A stretch of DNA of 64,000 bases from Halorutilales archaeon Cl-col2-1 (GCA_041891055.1 CP169074.1:416001-480000), one strand, 5' to 3'. Positions 1 through 10,402 are shown, counted from the stretch's first letter. Numbers and translations are program-made. The notes: generated from the sequence alone by a model not told the origin.

Positions 1-645
1 GGCGACGTCGTGCGCCATATCGACCTTCTCGCCCAACTCCTGAGTCACGCCGTCGACTGCTTCGTGTCCCTCGTCGAGTATCCTCTCAGCCTGCCTGTAG
101 GTGAGACGTCTGTCGCTTCTCACGACCGACTTGAATATCTCTATGTTGTCGAACGAGAGATCCTCGTCCATCTCCATCCTGACGGTGTGGGCGAGTCTGT
201 CCTCGTTTCCGACTATCGAACAGACCGTCTCCGACAGCGAAGATGGGAGCATATGTACTGTGTGTCCGGGGAGGTAGACAGTCGTCGATCTCCTCTTCGC
301 CTCCTCGTAGAGCTCAGTCCCGGGCTTGACGTAATGGGTGACGTCGGCTATATGCACCCACAGCGTGTACCCCTCTCCGTCGCCCTCGTCGTCTATGCTG
401 ATAGCGTCGTCGAAGTCCTGTGCCCTCTTCGGGTCGACGGTAAAAGTCGTGAGATCCCTCAGGTCGGTTCTGTACTCCTTCTCCGCCTCGTCCTGTATGT
501 CGTCGCGGAACCCCGTAGTTATCTCGTCCGCCTCTTCGAGAGCCCTGTCGGGGAACTCCTCGTGTATCTCGTACTCCTCGAAGAGTTCCTCCCTCTTCTC
601 CTCCAGCTTCTCCTGCGTCTCCTCGTCTATCTTGACTTCGCTCAT
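1..645 (-). CDS. rnr: RNB-domain exoribonuclease (RNase R-like), runs off the window edge
   Basis: Manual translation from ATG at 645: MSEVKIDEE...DLRDLTTFTVDPKRAQDFDDAISI...LWVHIADVTHYV...RSTTVYLP; the DP..AQDFDDA motif is the RNB catalytic signature. Not in the ORF track (no stop in window). Confidence 0.9.
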   Translation of the reverse strand, partial: MSEVKIDEETQEKLEEKREELFEEYEIHEEFPDRALEEADEITTGFRDDIQDEAEKEYRTDLRDLTTFTVDPKRAQDFDDAISIDDEGDGEGYTLWVHIADVTHYVKPGTELYEEAKRRSTTVYLPGHTVHMLPSSLSETVCSIVGNEDRLAHTVRMEMDEDLSFDNIEIFKSVVRSDRRLTYRQAERILDEGHEAVDGVTQELGEKVDMAHDVA

Positions 646-736
646 ACTCCGAGTAGACATCCCGACATAAAAGTAGTACTGCTTGTGGATCATAGCCAAG
701 AGTTATGGAGAGGCACTCCGAATAATCAGACAAGAC

Positions 737-1534
737 ATGCCCGTTTCGTCGAAACCCCTCGTCAAAGACTACATGACAAAGGACGTCGTCACAGCCTCTC
801 CCGACGACACCGTCGGCGACGTGATAGAGAAGGTCATCGAGAACGAGGGACACAGTGGATTTCCTGTCACAGAAGCTAGGGAAGTCAAGGGATTCATCAC
901 TGCGGAGGACATGCTCGGGAAAGACGACGACGAACCCATCTTCCGTCTGATGTCGACTGACCCACTCGTCGCGGAGCCCGAGATGAGTGTCACCGACGCA
1001 GCGAGGGTCATACTCAGAAGCGGAATACAGAAGCTCCCCGTCGTCGACGACGCCGACAACCTCGTCGGCATAATATCGAACTCCGACGTCATACGTTCCC
1101 AGATAGAGAGAGTAACCCCACAGAAGGTCTGGAAGCTGATGGACACTCTCGAGTCTATACACGGAATAGACCTCAGAGAGGAGAGACGCCGTGTCGAGAT
1201 AGACCACCTCGTCCCGACACAGGACAAAGTCTACGCCGACGAGTTACAGGGGAGATCCTACGAACTTGAGAGGGACTTAGTCGAGCCTCTTATAGTCATA
1301 GAGAAGAAGACAGACGGCAAGACCCTCCTTGTCGACGGACACCACCGCGTCGTCGCGGCTCACCGATCGGGTGTCGAAGAGATGGACGCTTACGTAGTCG
1401 TTGTCGAAGCCGACGTAGAGCTCGGAATGGAGAAGACTGCGGAAGAGTCGGGTCTGGAGACGATAGACGACATAGAGGTAGTAGACTACGCCAAACATCC
1501 TCTCAACGAAGCCACTAACATCGGCGGGAAGTAG
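737..1534 (+). CDS. CBS-pair plus ParB/Srx-like domain protein
   Basis: Two CBS repeats (KDYMTKDVVT, HSGFPV, IQKLPVVD) then PTQ...EPLIV...LVDGHHRV. Start moved to ATG 737. Confidence 0.85.
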   Translation: MPVSSKPLVKDYMTKDVVTASPDDTVGDVIEKVIENEGHSGFPVTEAREVKGFITAEDMLGKDDDEPIFRLMSTDPLVAEPEMSVTDAARVILRSGIQKLPVVDDADNLVGIISNSDVIRSQIERVTPQKVWKLMDTLESIHGIDLREERRRVEIDHLVPTQDKVYADELQGRSYELERDLVEPLIVIEKKTDGKTLLVDGHHRVVAAHRSGVEEMDAYVVVVEADVELGMEKTAEESGLETIDDIEVVDYAKHPLNEATNIGGK

Positions 1535-1537
1535 GTC

Positions 1538-2521
1538 TCACCAGTGCCAGCCGTAGTACTGGAGCATCAGATAGGTTATTATTCCGAGACCGAGGGAGAG
1601 TATCCACGAGCCGGCGGCTATCCTTCCGACACGCGGATGTGAGGTATCGGGAATCTCCTCTACGGGGAATGAGACTCCTAGGACGACGGCGTGTATCACG
1701 AAGGGGACTGCGACTACCGAGAGGACGAGATGGATGGCTAACATTATGAGGTAGGCGTAGTAGATGACCCCCTCAACGAGTATGTGTTTCTCTCCCGCAC
1801 CTCCGACCTTGAAGAGATAGACGACTAGGAAGAGGAGTATGAGACCGAAAGACGACAGCATAGCCTTTCTGTGCTTCTCGATCTGTGACTTCTTGACCCA
1901 GTAGACGCCGAGTATCAGCGAGGTGACTGCGAAGGTGTTTATGACCGCGATGGCGTGTGACATCAGGTTAGCGGTCGATCTGGTCACCGAAGGATACGGG
2001 AAGAGACCCGCGAAGGTTCCGAGAACTACGAAGTAGCCCGCCACCGAGAGTACACCAGTTGCGACACGGGGTCGTGGTCTTGCGTGACGCCCGAAGGCGT
2101 CGAGGGCGTCGGTTCCAAACAGAAACGGGAGACGCCAGACGAGGAGAAAGACTGTGCCTGCAATGAAAGAGACAACGAAGAAACTGAGACTCGCGCTTCC
2201 GTGGAAAAACGTGGTGTTACGCAGAGCCTGTGCGGCTACGTCGGAGAAGAGCCAAGACAGAGTCGTAAGACCCACAGTACGGAGTGGCGACGATCCTATC
2301 CCACGGCGGTAACCACCGACTAGACTTCCGACGACGAGCCATCCTATCGCGAAGGGGAGGAAGGTTCCGGCTGTTCTGACGGGCATCTTGACGGGGTTTA
2401 TTCCGTGGCTTATCTCTCCGACTACTACGAACGCGAGTATCGCCAAGAGATCTCCGACGACCAGAGCAGGCGAGACTGCGGAGGTATCTATCCGGCTTCT
2501 GAGACCTGAGACAGAGGACAT
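1538..2521 (-). CDS. Membrane protein, DUF3054-like N-half fused to DUF420 (CtaM/YozB-like) C-half
   Basis: N-half GDLLAI..FVVVGEISH..PFAIGW; C-half HAIA.IN..HRKAM..FLVVY..LAIH..HPRVGRIA..W. Confidence 0.7.
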   Translation of the reverse strand: MSSVSGLRSRIDTSAVSPALVVGDLLAILAFVVVGEISHGINPVKMPVRTAGTFLPFAIGWLVVGSLVGGYRRGIGSSPLRTVGLTTLSWLFSDVAAQALRNTTFFHGSASLSFFVVSFIAGTVFLLVWRLPFLFGTDALDAFGRHARPRPRVATGVLSVAGYFVVLGTFAGLFPYPSVTRSTANLMSHAIAVINTFAVTSLILGVYWVKKSQIEKHRKAMLSSFGLILLFLVVYLFKVGGAGEKHILVEGVIYYAYLIMLAIHLVLSVVAVPFVIHAVVLGVSFPVEEIPDTSHPRVGRIAAGSWILSLGLGIITYLMLQYYGWHW

Positions 2522-2630
2522 ATACTTACTTCATATGGCGGATCTGAGAAGTATAAATCGCACGGAATCTCAGACAGATATGGGAAATTTTAACAGGGTA
2601 CAATACTACGCTTTTTTAAAGGTGAGACAG

Positions 2631-3311
2631 ATGGACATGGACAGACGGAAGTTCCTTTCGACGGCGGCGGCAACGACGGCAGCGACAGCGGGAGTGTCAC
2701 GTGAAGCGGCTGCACAGGAAGGACCGGGTGAGAACACGGTTGGGATGTTCACGAGCGGGAGTACCTACTTCTTCGATCCGATAGGACTCCACGTTGAGGA
2801 GGGGACAACGGTCACGTTCGCCATAGAGAGCGGTGCCCACTCGTCGACTGCGTACGAAGATAGGATTCCTGAGGGGGCGAGCGCGTGGGACTCAGGGACT
2901 ATAAGCGGACAGGGCGAGTCGTTCTCACACACATTCGAGACGCCGGGTACGTACGACTACTTCTGTATCCCACACAAGTCGCTAGGGATGGTCGGAAGGA
3001 TAGTCGTCGGCGAGCCCGGAGGTCCCGCTGACGGAAGCATGCCAGCTGACGGCGACGTCCCAGAGAGCCAGACAATCGTCGACGAGGGCTCCGTCTCGTT
3101 CTCTCAGTTCTCGGGTAACTCTGGAATGGGATATTCGACCGGCGGAGGCGACGGTGGGGGCGAAGGAGGGAATCAGACACAGATAACACCTTCGGGAACC
3201 ATGGGGTACATAGTCAAGATGGGCCTCGGAGTGATAAGTTTCCTTACCGTGTCGCTCGTGGGATTCTACTTCCTGATGAGGTACGGCTCCGAGGCAGAAG
3301 CAGCCGAGTAG
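2631..3311 (+). CDS. Halocyanin/plastocyanin-type blue copper protein, Tat signal, C-terminal TM anchor
   Basis: DRRKFL Tat motif; GAHS and YFCIPHKSLGMVG type-1 copper ligands. Confidence 0.9.
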   Translation: MDMDRRKFLSTAAATTAATAGVSREAAAQEGPGENTVGMFTSGSTYFFDPIGLHVEEGTTVTFAIESGAHSSTAYEDRIPEGASAWDSGTISGQGESFSHTFETPGTYDYFCIPHKSLGMVGRIVVGEPGGPADGSMPADGDVPESQTIVDEGSVSFSQFSGNSGMGYSTGGGDGGGEGGNQTQITPSGTMGYIVKMGLGVISFLTVSLVGFYFLMRYGSEAEAAE

Positions 3312-3338
3312 AGGTCACCGACTTTTTCTTAGAGTCTG

Positions 3339-4688
3339 ATGTGGGGAGTTGTTACTGAGACCGATTTGCAAACGGGTCTCCGAAGTCGTTTACTCCGTAT
3401 ATTTTTAGCGGGTGTTCTCCTCTCCGCGGTGTCGGGACGTGTCTCAGCACATGGTCTGGGTCTCGGGACACGTGTCTACCGCCTCACGCTCGAAGCCTCC
3501 GAGTTACTCGTTCTCTGTTCAGGTCTGGCTCTAGTGTCGTACGCCGTAGTCGTAATGGAGCCGTGCCGTCTCGTCACGTGTTCGAAGTCGTTCTCGTTCT
3601 CGATACCTCGTGCCGTGGCTTCGTCGGGTATCACAGTTGGAGGGGTCGTAGGCGTGGTAACCGGAGTTCTCATCGTAGTCACGGGGATATTCGGCGAACA
3701 GGTTCCGGCTTCTTTCGCACTGATAGCCGTCTGGTCGGTCTGGTGGTCGGGCTACGTACCCACAGTCTACCTCGTCTCGAACAGTTGGGAGACAGTGAGC
3801 CCCTGGAGAACCATGGCTACCTACCTTCCCTCTGCCAACACCGAGTATCCGCGAGTAGGTCTGGGATTAGGAATCCTGGGATTCCTTCTCTACGTCTGGT
3901 TCTTAGCCGTAAGCCCTCTGTCGAGACGTCCGTACGCAGTCGGTACTTTAGTAGCAGTCTACACAGGGGTTACTCTAGCCGGTGCTGTTGTCTTCGGAGA
4001 CGTCTGGTTCGAGAGGGCAGACCCCCTGTCGTTAGCCATGTCGTACTACGGATCTATCTCGCCCGTGTCGAGAGAGGGAAACCGTCTCATCGTAACGACA
4101 CCCTTCAAGTCAGTCGTCGACTCCGAAGTCTTCTCGAAAAAAGGCAGTCTCGGATTCGTCGTAGCGACCGTCTGGGCAACAGTCTACGACGCAGTCGTGA
4201 GGACGCCTTTCTGGGACGCATTCGCTAGATCAGCCGTCGACACCGGTCTGTCGCCCGTGTCTGTCTACGTCTCAGCCCTAGTAGTCGGCTACGTTGGCTT
4301 CCTCGTCGTCTTCCGTCTCGTGCCGACTTTCGGAGGCATCGAGAAGATCGGGGCTGCGGTAGTTCCTCTCGCCGCGGGATACCATCTCTCACATTACCCC
4401 GGCTACTTCATAACAACTTTTCCGACCGTCACGGAGGTCTTTCTACGTCCTTTCAGCCCTCCGCTTCTTGAGACGGCACCTCTTCCGACGTGGTACGGCT
4501 TCTTCCGACTCGGAGCCGTCGTAGTCGCACATCTCGTCGGTGTCGTGACTCTCACTCGCCTCGACAAAACAGACCACGATACCCCGACTTCGTCGAAACT
4601 CGTAGCCGTCGGAGTTATGGTACTGTCGACATCGGTTTTCCTCTGGGTATCTACAAGACCCGAGGTTCCTATGCCCTACTTCAGCTAG
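3339..4688 (+). CDS. Conserved multi-pass membrane protein, function unknown
   Basis: About 10 hydrophobic segments; NSWETVSPWR, VPLAAGYHLSHY and AHLVGV motifs; 27 bp after the halocyanin gene. Confidence 0.65.
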   Translation: MWGVVTETDLQTGLRSRLLRIFLAGVLLSAVSGRVSAHGLGLGTRVYRLTLEASELLVLCSGLALVSYAVVVMEPCRLVTCSKSFSFSIPRAVASSGITVGGVVGVVTGVLIVVTGIFGEQVPASFALIAVWSVWWSGYVPTVYLVSNSWETVSPWRTMATYLPSANTEYPRVGLGLGILGFLLYVWFLAVSPLSRRPYAVGTLVAVYTGVTLAGAVVFGDVWFERADPLSLAMSYYGSISPVSREGNRLIVTTPFKSVVDSEVFSKKGSLGFVVATVWATVYDAVVRTPFWDAFARSAVDTGLSPVSVYVSALVVGYVGFLVVFRLVPTFGGIEKIGAAVVPLAAGYHLSHYPGYFITTFPTVTEVFLRPFSPPLLETAPLPTWYGFFRLGAVVVAHLVGVVTLTRLDKTDHDTPTSSKLVAVGVMVLSTSVFLWVSTRPEVPMPYFS

Positions 4689-5073
4689 ACCCCGCAGTCG
4701 CCTCGTACTTGTCGCGGAACTCCTGTATCATCTCATCCATCTGATCCTGCCACTCCTGTAACATCGACTCCATCTTATCGGCGATAGCGTCGGGGTCGGA
4801 CGGCTTATAGACGTGGTAGTAACCCCCCTGTTCGTAGTTGACCTGCTCCTTCTGTACGAAGCCTGACTGGAGGAGTCTCTGTACCGAACGGTAGGCGGTC
4901 GACCTCTCCCTGTCTATCCTGTCTGCTATCTCGTCTATCGTGAGCGGTTCGTCCGACTCGACAAGTGACATGAAACACTCCTTGTCGAGGTCTTTCAGCC
5001 CGTGGACACATTCGAGGAGTCCCTCACACTCCATCTCCTTCTGTAAAAGCTCTGATACCGAAGACGTCGTCAT
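4681..5073 (-). CDS. TrmB-like winged-helix transcription regulator
   Basis: CEGLLECVHGL...LTIDEIADRIDRERSTAYRSVQRLL...GGYYHVY. Confidence 0.85.
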   Translation of the reverse strand: MTTSSVSELLQKEMECEGLLECVHGLKDLDKECFMSLVESDEPLTIDEIADRIDRERSTAYRSVQRLLQSGFVQKEQVNYEQGGYYHVYKPSDPDAIADKMESMLQEWQDQMDEMIQEFRDKYEATAGSS

Positions 5074-5157
5074 TACTTAACAGTATACCTTTTAACGTTA
5101 AAAGAGTTTGTGTCGTTACTCCGAAGAGATAAGTCTCTCGACGGGTTAAATCCGTGG

Positions 5158-5301
5158 ATGACAGTATCGGGTGTCTGTTACATCTGTGGTGACGAGGCTG
5201 TGGCTACGTGTCGGTCGTGTGGCGGCGCAGTCTGTGACGAGCATTACGACGCAGAGACAGGTCTCTGTGTGAGGTGTCTGTCGGGGATGCAGATGGATTA
5301 G
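5158..5301 (+). CDS. Small Cys-rich zinc-finger protein (47 aa)
   Basis: MTVSGVCYICG..CRSCG..CDEH..CVRC, four Zn-knuckle pairs. Confidence 0.75.
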   Translation: MTVSGVCYICGDEAVATCRSCGGAVCDEHYDAETGLCVRCLSGMQMD

Positions 5302-5939
5302 AAGAAATCCTCTACTTTTTCGAGATCACTCCTCGTGTTGACGTTGACGAAGCTCTCCTCGGATGCGTGTTCGAGGACAGTTTCCTCGTCGACGGCAGTG
5401 TAGTCGAGGATTTCAAGGACGCGGCGCATGCTCGCTTCCCCCTCGCTCGTACTTTCACTAAAAGCAGCTTCGCACGCTTCGAGAGTAGGCGACCTCCGGT
5501 AGACTGCATGTGTCGTCTGGAGCCAGCCATCGACAGATGGAACAACGGCGTCGTCTCCGGTTTGTTGAGCCAAGTCTAAGACGTAGTCAACTAAGCCGGA
5601 ACTCAGGAGAGGCATGTCACACGCCACGACGACGACGTACTCCGACTCGGCTTTCCCCATACCGGTTATTACGCCTCCGACGGGTCCGAGACCCGGCTCA
5701 TCGTCCTCTGCGAACTCGATACACGTGTCGTCTACTACGGAGTCGGATCTAAGAGACTCACTTACTTCGGATGTCTGTCCAGGTCTCGTGTTGATTATGA
5801 CAGTCTCGACCGTCTCGACGTCAGAGACTGAGTCGACGACATGGCTTATGAGGGGCGAACCGTCGAGTCTCGCCACAGCCTTGTCGTCTTCGCCGAAACG
5901 TGTCGAGAAGCCGCCCGCGAGGACTACCGCGTCAGCCAT
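5298..5939 (-). CDS. mobA: Molybdenum cofactor guanylyltransferase
   Basis: VLAGGFSTRFGEDDKA, GPVGG, ACDMP, NVNT motifs. Confidence 0.9.
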   Translation of the reverse strand: MADAVVLAGGFSTRFGEDDKAVARLDGSPLISHVVDSVSDVETVETVIINTRPGQTSEVSESLRSDSVVDDTCIEFAEDDEPGLGPVGGVITGMGKAESEYVVVVACDMPLLSSGLVDYVLDLAQQTGDDAVVPSVDGWLQTTHAVYRRSPTLEACEAAFSESTSEGEASMRRVLEILDYTAVDEETVLEHASEESFVNVNTRSDLEKVEDFF

Positions 5940-6023
5940 CGGTTCGAGTAGACGCCGCTTCCCAAAACAGTTTGTGGCTCGAACCGGCGTCAGGTATAAG
6001 TTGTCTTCCTACTATCGTTTGGT

Positions 6024-6821
6024 ATGTCAGATTCTCCCACGCAGGCAGACATACAGGCACCGGCACACACCGACGCTGAGGTCAGTTTCGAGAGAATAAC
6101 GGAGATAGAGTCGGAGTCGCCGACACTCATAGAGGGTTTCCCGGGACACGGTCTCGTGGCGTCGATAGCTGTCAACCAGATAAACCAGCAGTTAGACCTC
6201 TCGCACCACGGCAACGTCGTCTCCGACGGCTTCCCTCCCGTGGCGTCGTTCGAAGACGGATTGGTACAGGACACAGTGCGCGTCTACTCGGGAACCGATC
6301 CAGACGTGATGACACTGAGGAGCGACATAACACTCCCGCCGTCGAACTACAAGTCGCTTAGCCGTTTCGTCATAAACCAACTCTCCGACGAGTTCGGACG
6401 TGCTGTCTTCCTCGCGGGGGCTCCCGCCGAAAACGAGGATGAGATTGGTGATGTCATGGGTGTAGCAACCCACGATGACCTCCGCGACGACCTTGAGGCA
6501 GCCGGGATACCTCTCGGGGACGAACCGGGTGTAGTCGGAGGAATCACTGGCGCGCTCGCCAACGAGTGTTACCACGCCGGTATTCCAGCCGCTGTTCTGA
6601 TAGTCCGTTCACATCCCTACCTCCCCGACCCCACGGCGGCACAGTCAGTGATAGAGAACGCCCTTGAACCCCTAGTCGAGTTCGACATAGACACGGCTGA
6701 GCTTGAGAAACAGGCTGACGAGATAAGACATCAGATGGAACAGATAGCTAAACAGCTCAGACAGGCTTACGGAGGCGAGGCGGAGACGGAGTCTCAGCCA
6801 CAGTCCCCGATGTATCAGTGA
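6024..6821 (+). CDS. Proteasome assembly chaperone (PAC2) family protein
   Basis: LIEGFPGHGLVASIA, GGITGAL, PDPTAA, C-terminal MYQ HbYX-like tail. Confidence 0.88.
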   Translation: MSDSPTQADIQAPAHTDAEVSFERITEIESESPTLIEGFPGHGLVASIAVNQINQQLDLSHHGNVVSDGFPPVASFEDGLVQDTVRVYSGTDPDVMTLRSDITLPPSNYKSLSRFVINQLSDEFGRAVFLAGAPAENEDEIGDVMGVATHDDLRDDLEAAGIPLGDEPGVVGGITGALANECYHAGIPAAVLIVRSHPYLPDPTAAQSVIENALEPLVEFDIDTAELEKQADEIRHQMEQIAKQLRQAYGGEAETESQPQSPMYQ

Positions 6822-6875
6822 GACAGACAGAAGCTTTTTAACATAGTGGGTTAAATCCCAACTACGAGCGATAAG

Positions 6876-7073
6876 ATGACAACTGGCACGGTCAAGTTCT
6901 ACCACAACGAGAAGGGTTACGGATTCATAGAGACAGAAGCGGAGGACGACGACGTCTTCTTCCACATAACTGACGTAGACGACTCGGTAACTCCCGAGGA
7001 AGACATGGAGCTAGAGTTTGAGTTGGAGGAGGGCGACGAGGGTCCAAGGGCAGTAAACGTCAGGATGGCGTAA
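6876..7073 (+). CDS. cspA: Cold-shock protein
   Basis: TGTVKFYHNEKGYGFI (RNP1), DVFFHI (RNP2), GPRAVNV. Confidence 0.95.
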   Translation: MTTGTVKFYHNEKGYGFIETEAEDDDVFFHITDVDDSVTPEEDMELEFELEEGDEGPRAVNVRMA

Positions 7074-7087
7074 GAGTTAGTATTGTA

Positions 7088-9862
7088 TTAACCACCCGGT
7101 TCGGTCACGGTTGAGTTGAGACTCGGTGAGACGGTCGTGTTTGGCTCAGTTTCCGCCCGAGCCTCTGCCTCTTCGAGACGTCTTCCGAGTTCCTCTATTC
7201 TCTGAGCGTAAGTCGTGAAGTCGCCGTCTCTGAGAGCCGTCTGCGCCTCGTCGTAGATCTGTCTCAGACGCTGTATCTCCTCGGGGGGTAGACCATCAGT
7301 CGCCGGAACACGTGTTATCCCTTCTCCCTCAGTGCGTCTCGTGCCGAAGACGACATCGAGCGACGCGTTGAGGTTGGGCTGCATCGTGAGACGGTTCTCG
7401 TGTGCGAGTATCACCCTCTTGAGTTCAGGGAGGGCTCCGTCCTGGCTAGACTCAAGATAGAGAGGCTCGACGTAGATCATGCTGTCGTCTATCGGAATCG
7501 CGAGCAGGTTACCTCTTATGACTGACGATCCCGCCTGTGACCACAGGGTTATCCTCTGTGATATCTCGGTGTTCTGGTCGATCCTCGACTCTATCTGCAT
7601 CGGTCCGTATGTGAGGTTCTGCTTCGAGAACTGTATGGCTCTGAGGTCGCCGTAGTTGGGTTGGTCGGATCTCGCGCTCAGCCAGCCTATCATGTTCTCC
7701 TTTCCGCGCGGGACGAACGGAAGTATCTCGACGAACTCGGGGTCTTCTTCTCCGGGAAGCTTCATCATGACGTAGTAAGGCTCCATCGGCTGTCTGTCAC
7801 CGCGCGAGACCTCGTTGGGTATCCTCCATGAGTCCTCCTTGTTGTAGAAGACGCGCGGGTTCTGCATATGGTAGTCGAGGTATGCTCTCGACTGGACATC
7901 GAATGCGTCGGTGGGATAACGTACGTTGTCGCTTATCGACTTTGGCATCTGATCCATCTCCTCGAAGAGCGACGGGAAGACCTTCTCGTATGTCTGTATT
8001 ATCGGATCATCCTCGTCGGAGACGTAGTAGTTCGTCTCACCCGAGTAGGCGTCGACGACGACCTTGACCGAGTTCCTGACGTAGTTCTCCTCGTCGCCCT
8101 TGAAGTCGAGACGTTTCGAGTACGGGTAGTTCTCGGTCGTCGTGTAAGCGTCGTAGACCCAGTAGAGCTCGCCGTCAGCCACAACGACGTACGGGTCGGA
8201 GTCGTACTCTAAGAAGGGTGCGGGCTTTTTCACGCGACTCTGTATATCACGGTCGTACTGTATACGTGTCTCGTCAGTGACCGAGTCGGAGACGAATATA
8301 TTCGGGGTTCCGAACTTCGCCGAGTAGATCAGCTTTCTTAGAGACGACGAGAGTTCGACTCCTCCGTTCCCCGAGTATGACGTGTAGACATTCTCGTCAC
8401 CGCTCGGGTAGTCGAACTCCTCAGTCCCTGAGTTGACGAGGGCGTAGGTGTCAGTACTCTCACCGTAGTAGATACGTGGCTGCTCGACATCTATTCCGAC
8501 CGACGATTGGGGGGGTATGTCCTTGACGTAGAACTCGGGAAGACCCTCCGACGACATCTTACTCACGGGACTCATAGCGACGCCGTAGCCGTGTGTGTAG
8601 ACCATATGTCGGTTGACCCACGACCCCGACCCCCCGGAGAGTGACTCGGTCTGTATCTCACGCGCAGAGACCATGACCTGTTTCTGGCTGCCGTTTACGT
8701 CGTAACGGTCTATGTCGACGTCGTTGAAGCCGTAGTAAGACCTGAAAACCTGTATCTCGTTGTAGGTTGTGAGTAACGGACGGTAGTCCCAGAGACGTAT
8801 ATTGTCCACTGTCCCGGGGTTATTCTCTATGTCGTCACGCGTGAGTTGGTTCGAGAGATTGAGCTGTGACTCCTTGACACGGTCGAGGGCGAAGCCCTGT
8901 CTCGTGAACTCTATCTCGTTCTGTATGTACTCGTTCTGTTTGTTGAACTCGTCGGGCTCGACAATATACGACTGGTGGATCGAGCCGACTATGTTTCCAC
9001 CGACTGCTGTGAGAAGGACGACTCCGACTGCGACGTAGACAGCCTTCGAGTCGGTGCCAACGTAGGGATTGAGGATCGACACCACACCTCCGAGAACCGA
9101 GAATCCCGCGAGTCCTAAGAGTAGAGGCTTGAAGACAGCGATGTCAGTCGCACCCGCTCCGAAGACCACACCCCGGGTCGAGAAGACGAGTTCGAAACGG
9201 TCGAGGTAGAATCCCAGACCGAGTGCTACGAGTATTAAGCCGATGTAGACAGAGAGATGTCCGGCGGTGTTCTTCTTGAGAGCCTTAGTGTACTCGTTGA
9301 CGTCGAACTCAGCACCTACGTCCTGTGTCTGTACTCTGACTGTCTCGCCCTCCTCGAAGCCGAAGTGGAAGGCGTAATGGACGAGAGAGAAGACGAGTGA
9401 GACTACCGAGACGAAGACGAGGTAGCCGACGATCAAGCCGTAGAAAGGCAGGTCGAAGACGTAGAAAGAGACGTCTTTTGAGTAGAGTGGGTCGGTGACG
9501 CCGAACTCGGTCGGATTGAGGAACCTCAGGACGGTCTCCCACGACCCCGAGTAGACGAGACCGACGAAGACAGAGACAGCCAATGCACCTGCGACGGGTA
9601 CCACGGACGGATCGTAGTCCTCCTTCGCGTCACGTATGTTACGCACCCCGATCCTGTATCCCGTGTAGACAGAGACGAAGGTCACGATCGACGCGACCCC
9701 GAAGAGTCCTATCTTGTAGGCTATGACACGCGTGAAGACCGACTCGTAACCGAGCGAGACGAACCAGAGGTACTCGCCGTAGAGCGACGGGACTGAAAAG
9801 GCTACGTAAGCCACCACGAGAACCAAGGCGGCAACGACGAGTCTCCTAAGATTAGAGGACAT
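7088..9862 (-). CDS. UPF0182 family membrane protein
   Basis: YLWFVSLGYESVF, DPLYSKDVSFYVFDLP, NIRLWD, DIDRY, YTHGYG, NYVRNSVKVVVDAYSG, YVEPLY motifs. Confidence 0.92.
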   Translation of the reverse strand: MSSNLRRLVVAALVLVVAYVAFSVPSLYGEYLWFVSLGYESVFTRVIAYKIGLFGVASIVTFVSVYTGYRIGVRNIRDAKEDYDPSVVPVAGALAVSVFVGLVYSGSWETVLRFLNPTEFGVTDPLYSKDVSFYVFDLPFYGLIVGYLVFVSVVSLVFSLVHYAFHFGFEEGETVRVQTQDVGAEFDVNEYTKALKKNTAGHLSVYIGLILVALGLGFYLDRFELVFSTRGVVFGAGATDIAVFKPLLLGLAGFSVLGGVVSILNPYVGTDSKAVYVAVGVVLLTAVGGNIVGSIHQSYIVEPDEFNKQNEYIQNEIEFTRQGFALDRVKESQLNLSNQLTRDDIENNPGTVDNIRLWDYRPLLTTYNEIQVFRSYYGFNDVDIDRYDVNGSQKQVMVSAREIQTESLSGGSGSWVNRHMVYTHGYGVAMSPVSKMSSEGLPEFYVKDIPPQSSVGIDVEQPRIYYGESTDTYALVNSGTEEFDYPSGDENVYTSYSGNGGVELSSSLRKLIYSAKFGTPNIFVSDSVTDETRIQYDRDIQSRVKKPAPFLEYDSDPYVVVADGELYWVYDAYTTTENYPYSKRLDFKGDEENYVRNSVKVVVDAYSGETNYYVSDEDDPIIQTYEKVFPSLFEEMDQMPKSISDNVRYPTDAFDVQSRAYLDYHMQNPRVFYNKEDSWRIPNEVSRGDRQPMEPYYVMMKLPGEEDPEFVEILPFVPRGKENMIGWLSARSDQPNYGDLRAIQFSKQNLTYGPMQIESRIDQNTEISQRITLWSQAGSSVIRGNLLAIPIDDSMIYVEPLYLESSQDGALPELKRVILAHENRLTMQPNLNASLDVVFGTRRTEGEGITRVPATDGLPPEEIQRLRQIYDEAQTALRDGDFTTYAQRIEELGRRLEEAEARAETEPNTTVSPSLNSTVTEPGG

Positions 9863-9910
9863 ATGAGTTAAATTAGACGTCCTCCAGGAACATTAATCTA
9901 TGCTCTGTAT

Positions 9911-10303
9911 TCACGGAACCACAGTCACCGCGAACTCGTTCGACTCGATGACCCTTTCGGCAGCACTTCCAAGTACTGCGCGTCCCATTCTTCCGGTGCC
10001 GTGGTGTCCCATAACGATGTGATCGTAGCCCTCATTCTTGGCTATACGGACTATGTCGTCTCCTATCTGGTTCGAGGGACGTATGTCGAGACGTATGTCG
10101 GTTCTGACCTCGGGCTCGTCTTCTATTCCCTCGTCTTCGAGTACCTCTTCGGCTCTCTCTACGGTGTCGCGCGTCGCGTCGGTTTTCTTGTCGGTTATAT
10201 GTATGACATGGAGGGTCGACTCGAATCTTTTCGCGAGGTCACAAGCGAATCCGAGCGCGCGGAAGCTACAGTCGGAGTCGTCTATTGGGACGAGTATCTT
10301 CAT
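9911..10303 (-). CDS. Universal stress protein
   Basis: KILVPIDDS...IVMGHHG...LGSAAERV. Confidence 0.9.
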   Translation of the reverse strand: MKILVPIDDSDCSFRALGFACDLAKRFESTLHVIHITDKKTDATRDTVERAEEVLEDEGIEDEPEVRTDIRLDIRPSNQIGDDIVRIAKNEGYDHIVMGHHGTGRMGRAVLGSAAERVIESNEFAVTVVP

Positions 10304-10402
10304 AACTCGGAGGTCGTATTAGCGGTTCTTAACTTTTTCCCCAATACTACTCCTACTCTTAACGTTAGACGTTTGAGGAGCCACGTACAGATCTAACTAA
10401 GT

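Noticed and set aside
10-879. Long plus-strand ORF, and many similar antisense ORFs (e.g. 29251-30567, 26192-26968)
   Set aside because: Shadow frames of well-supported genes on the opposite strand; typical of this codon bias.
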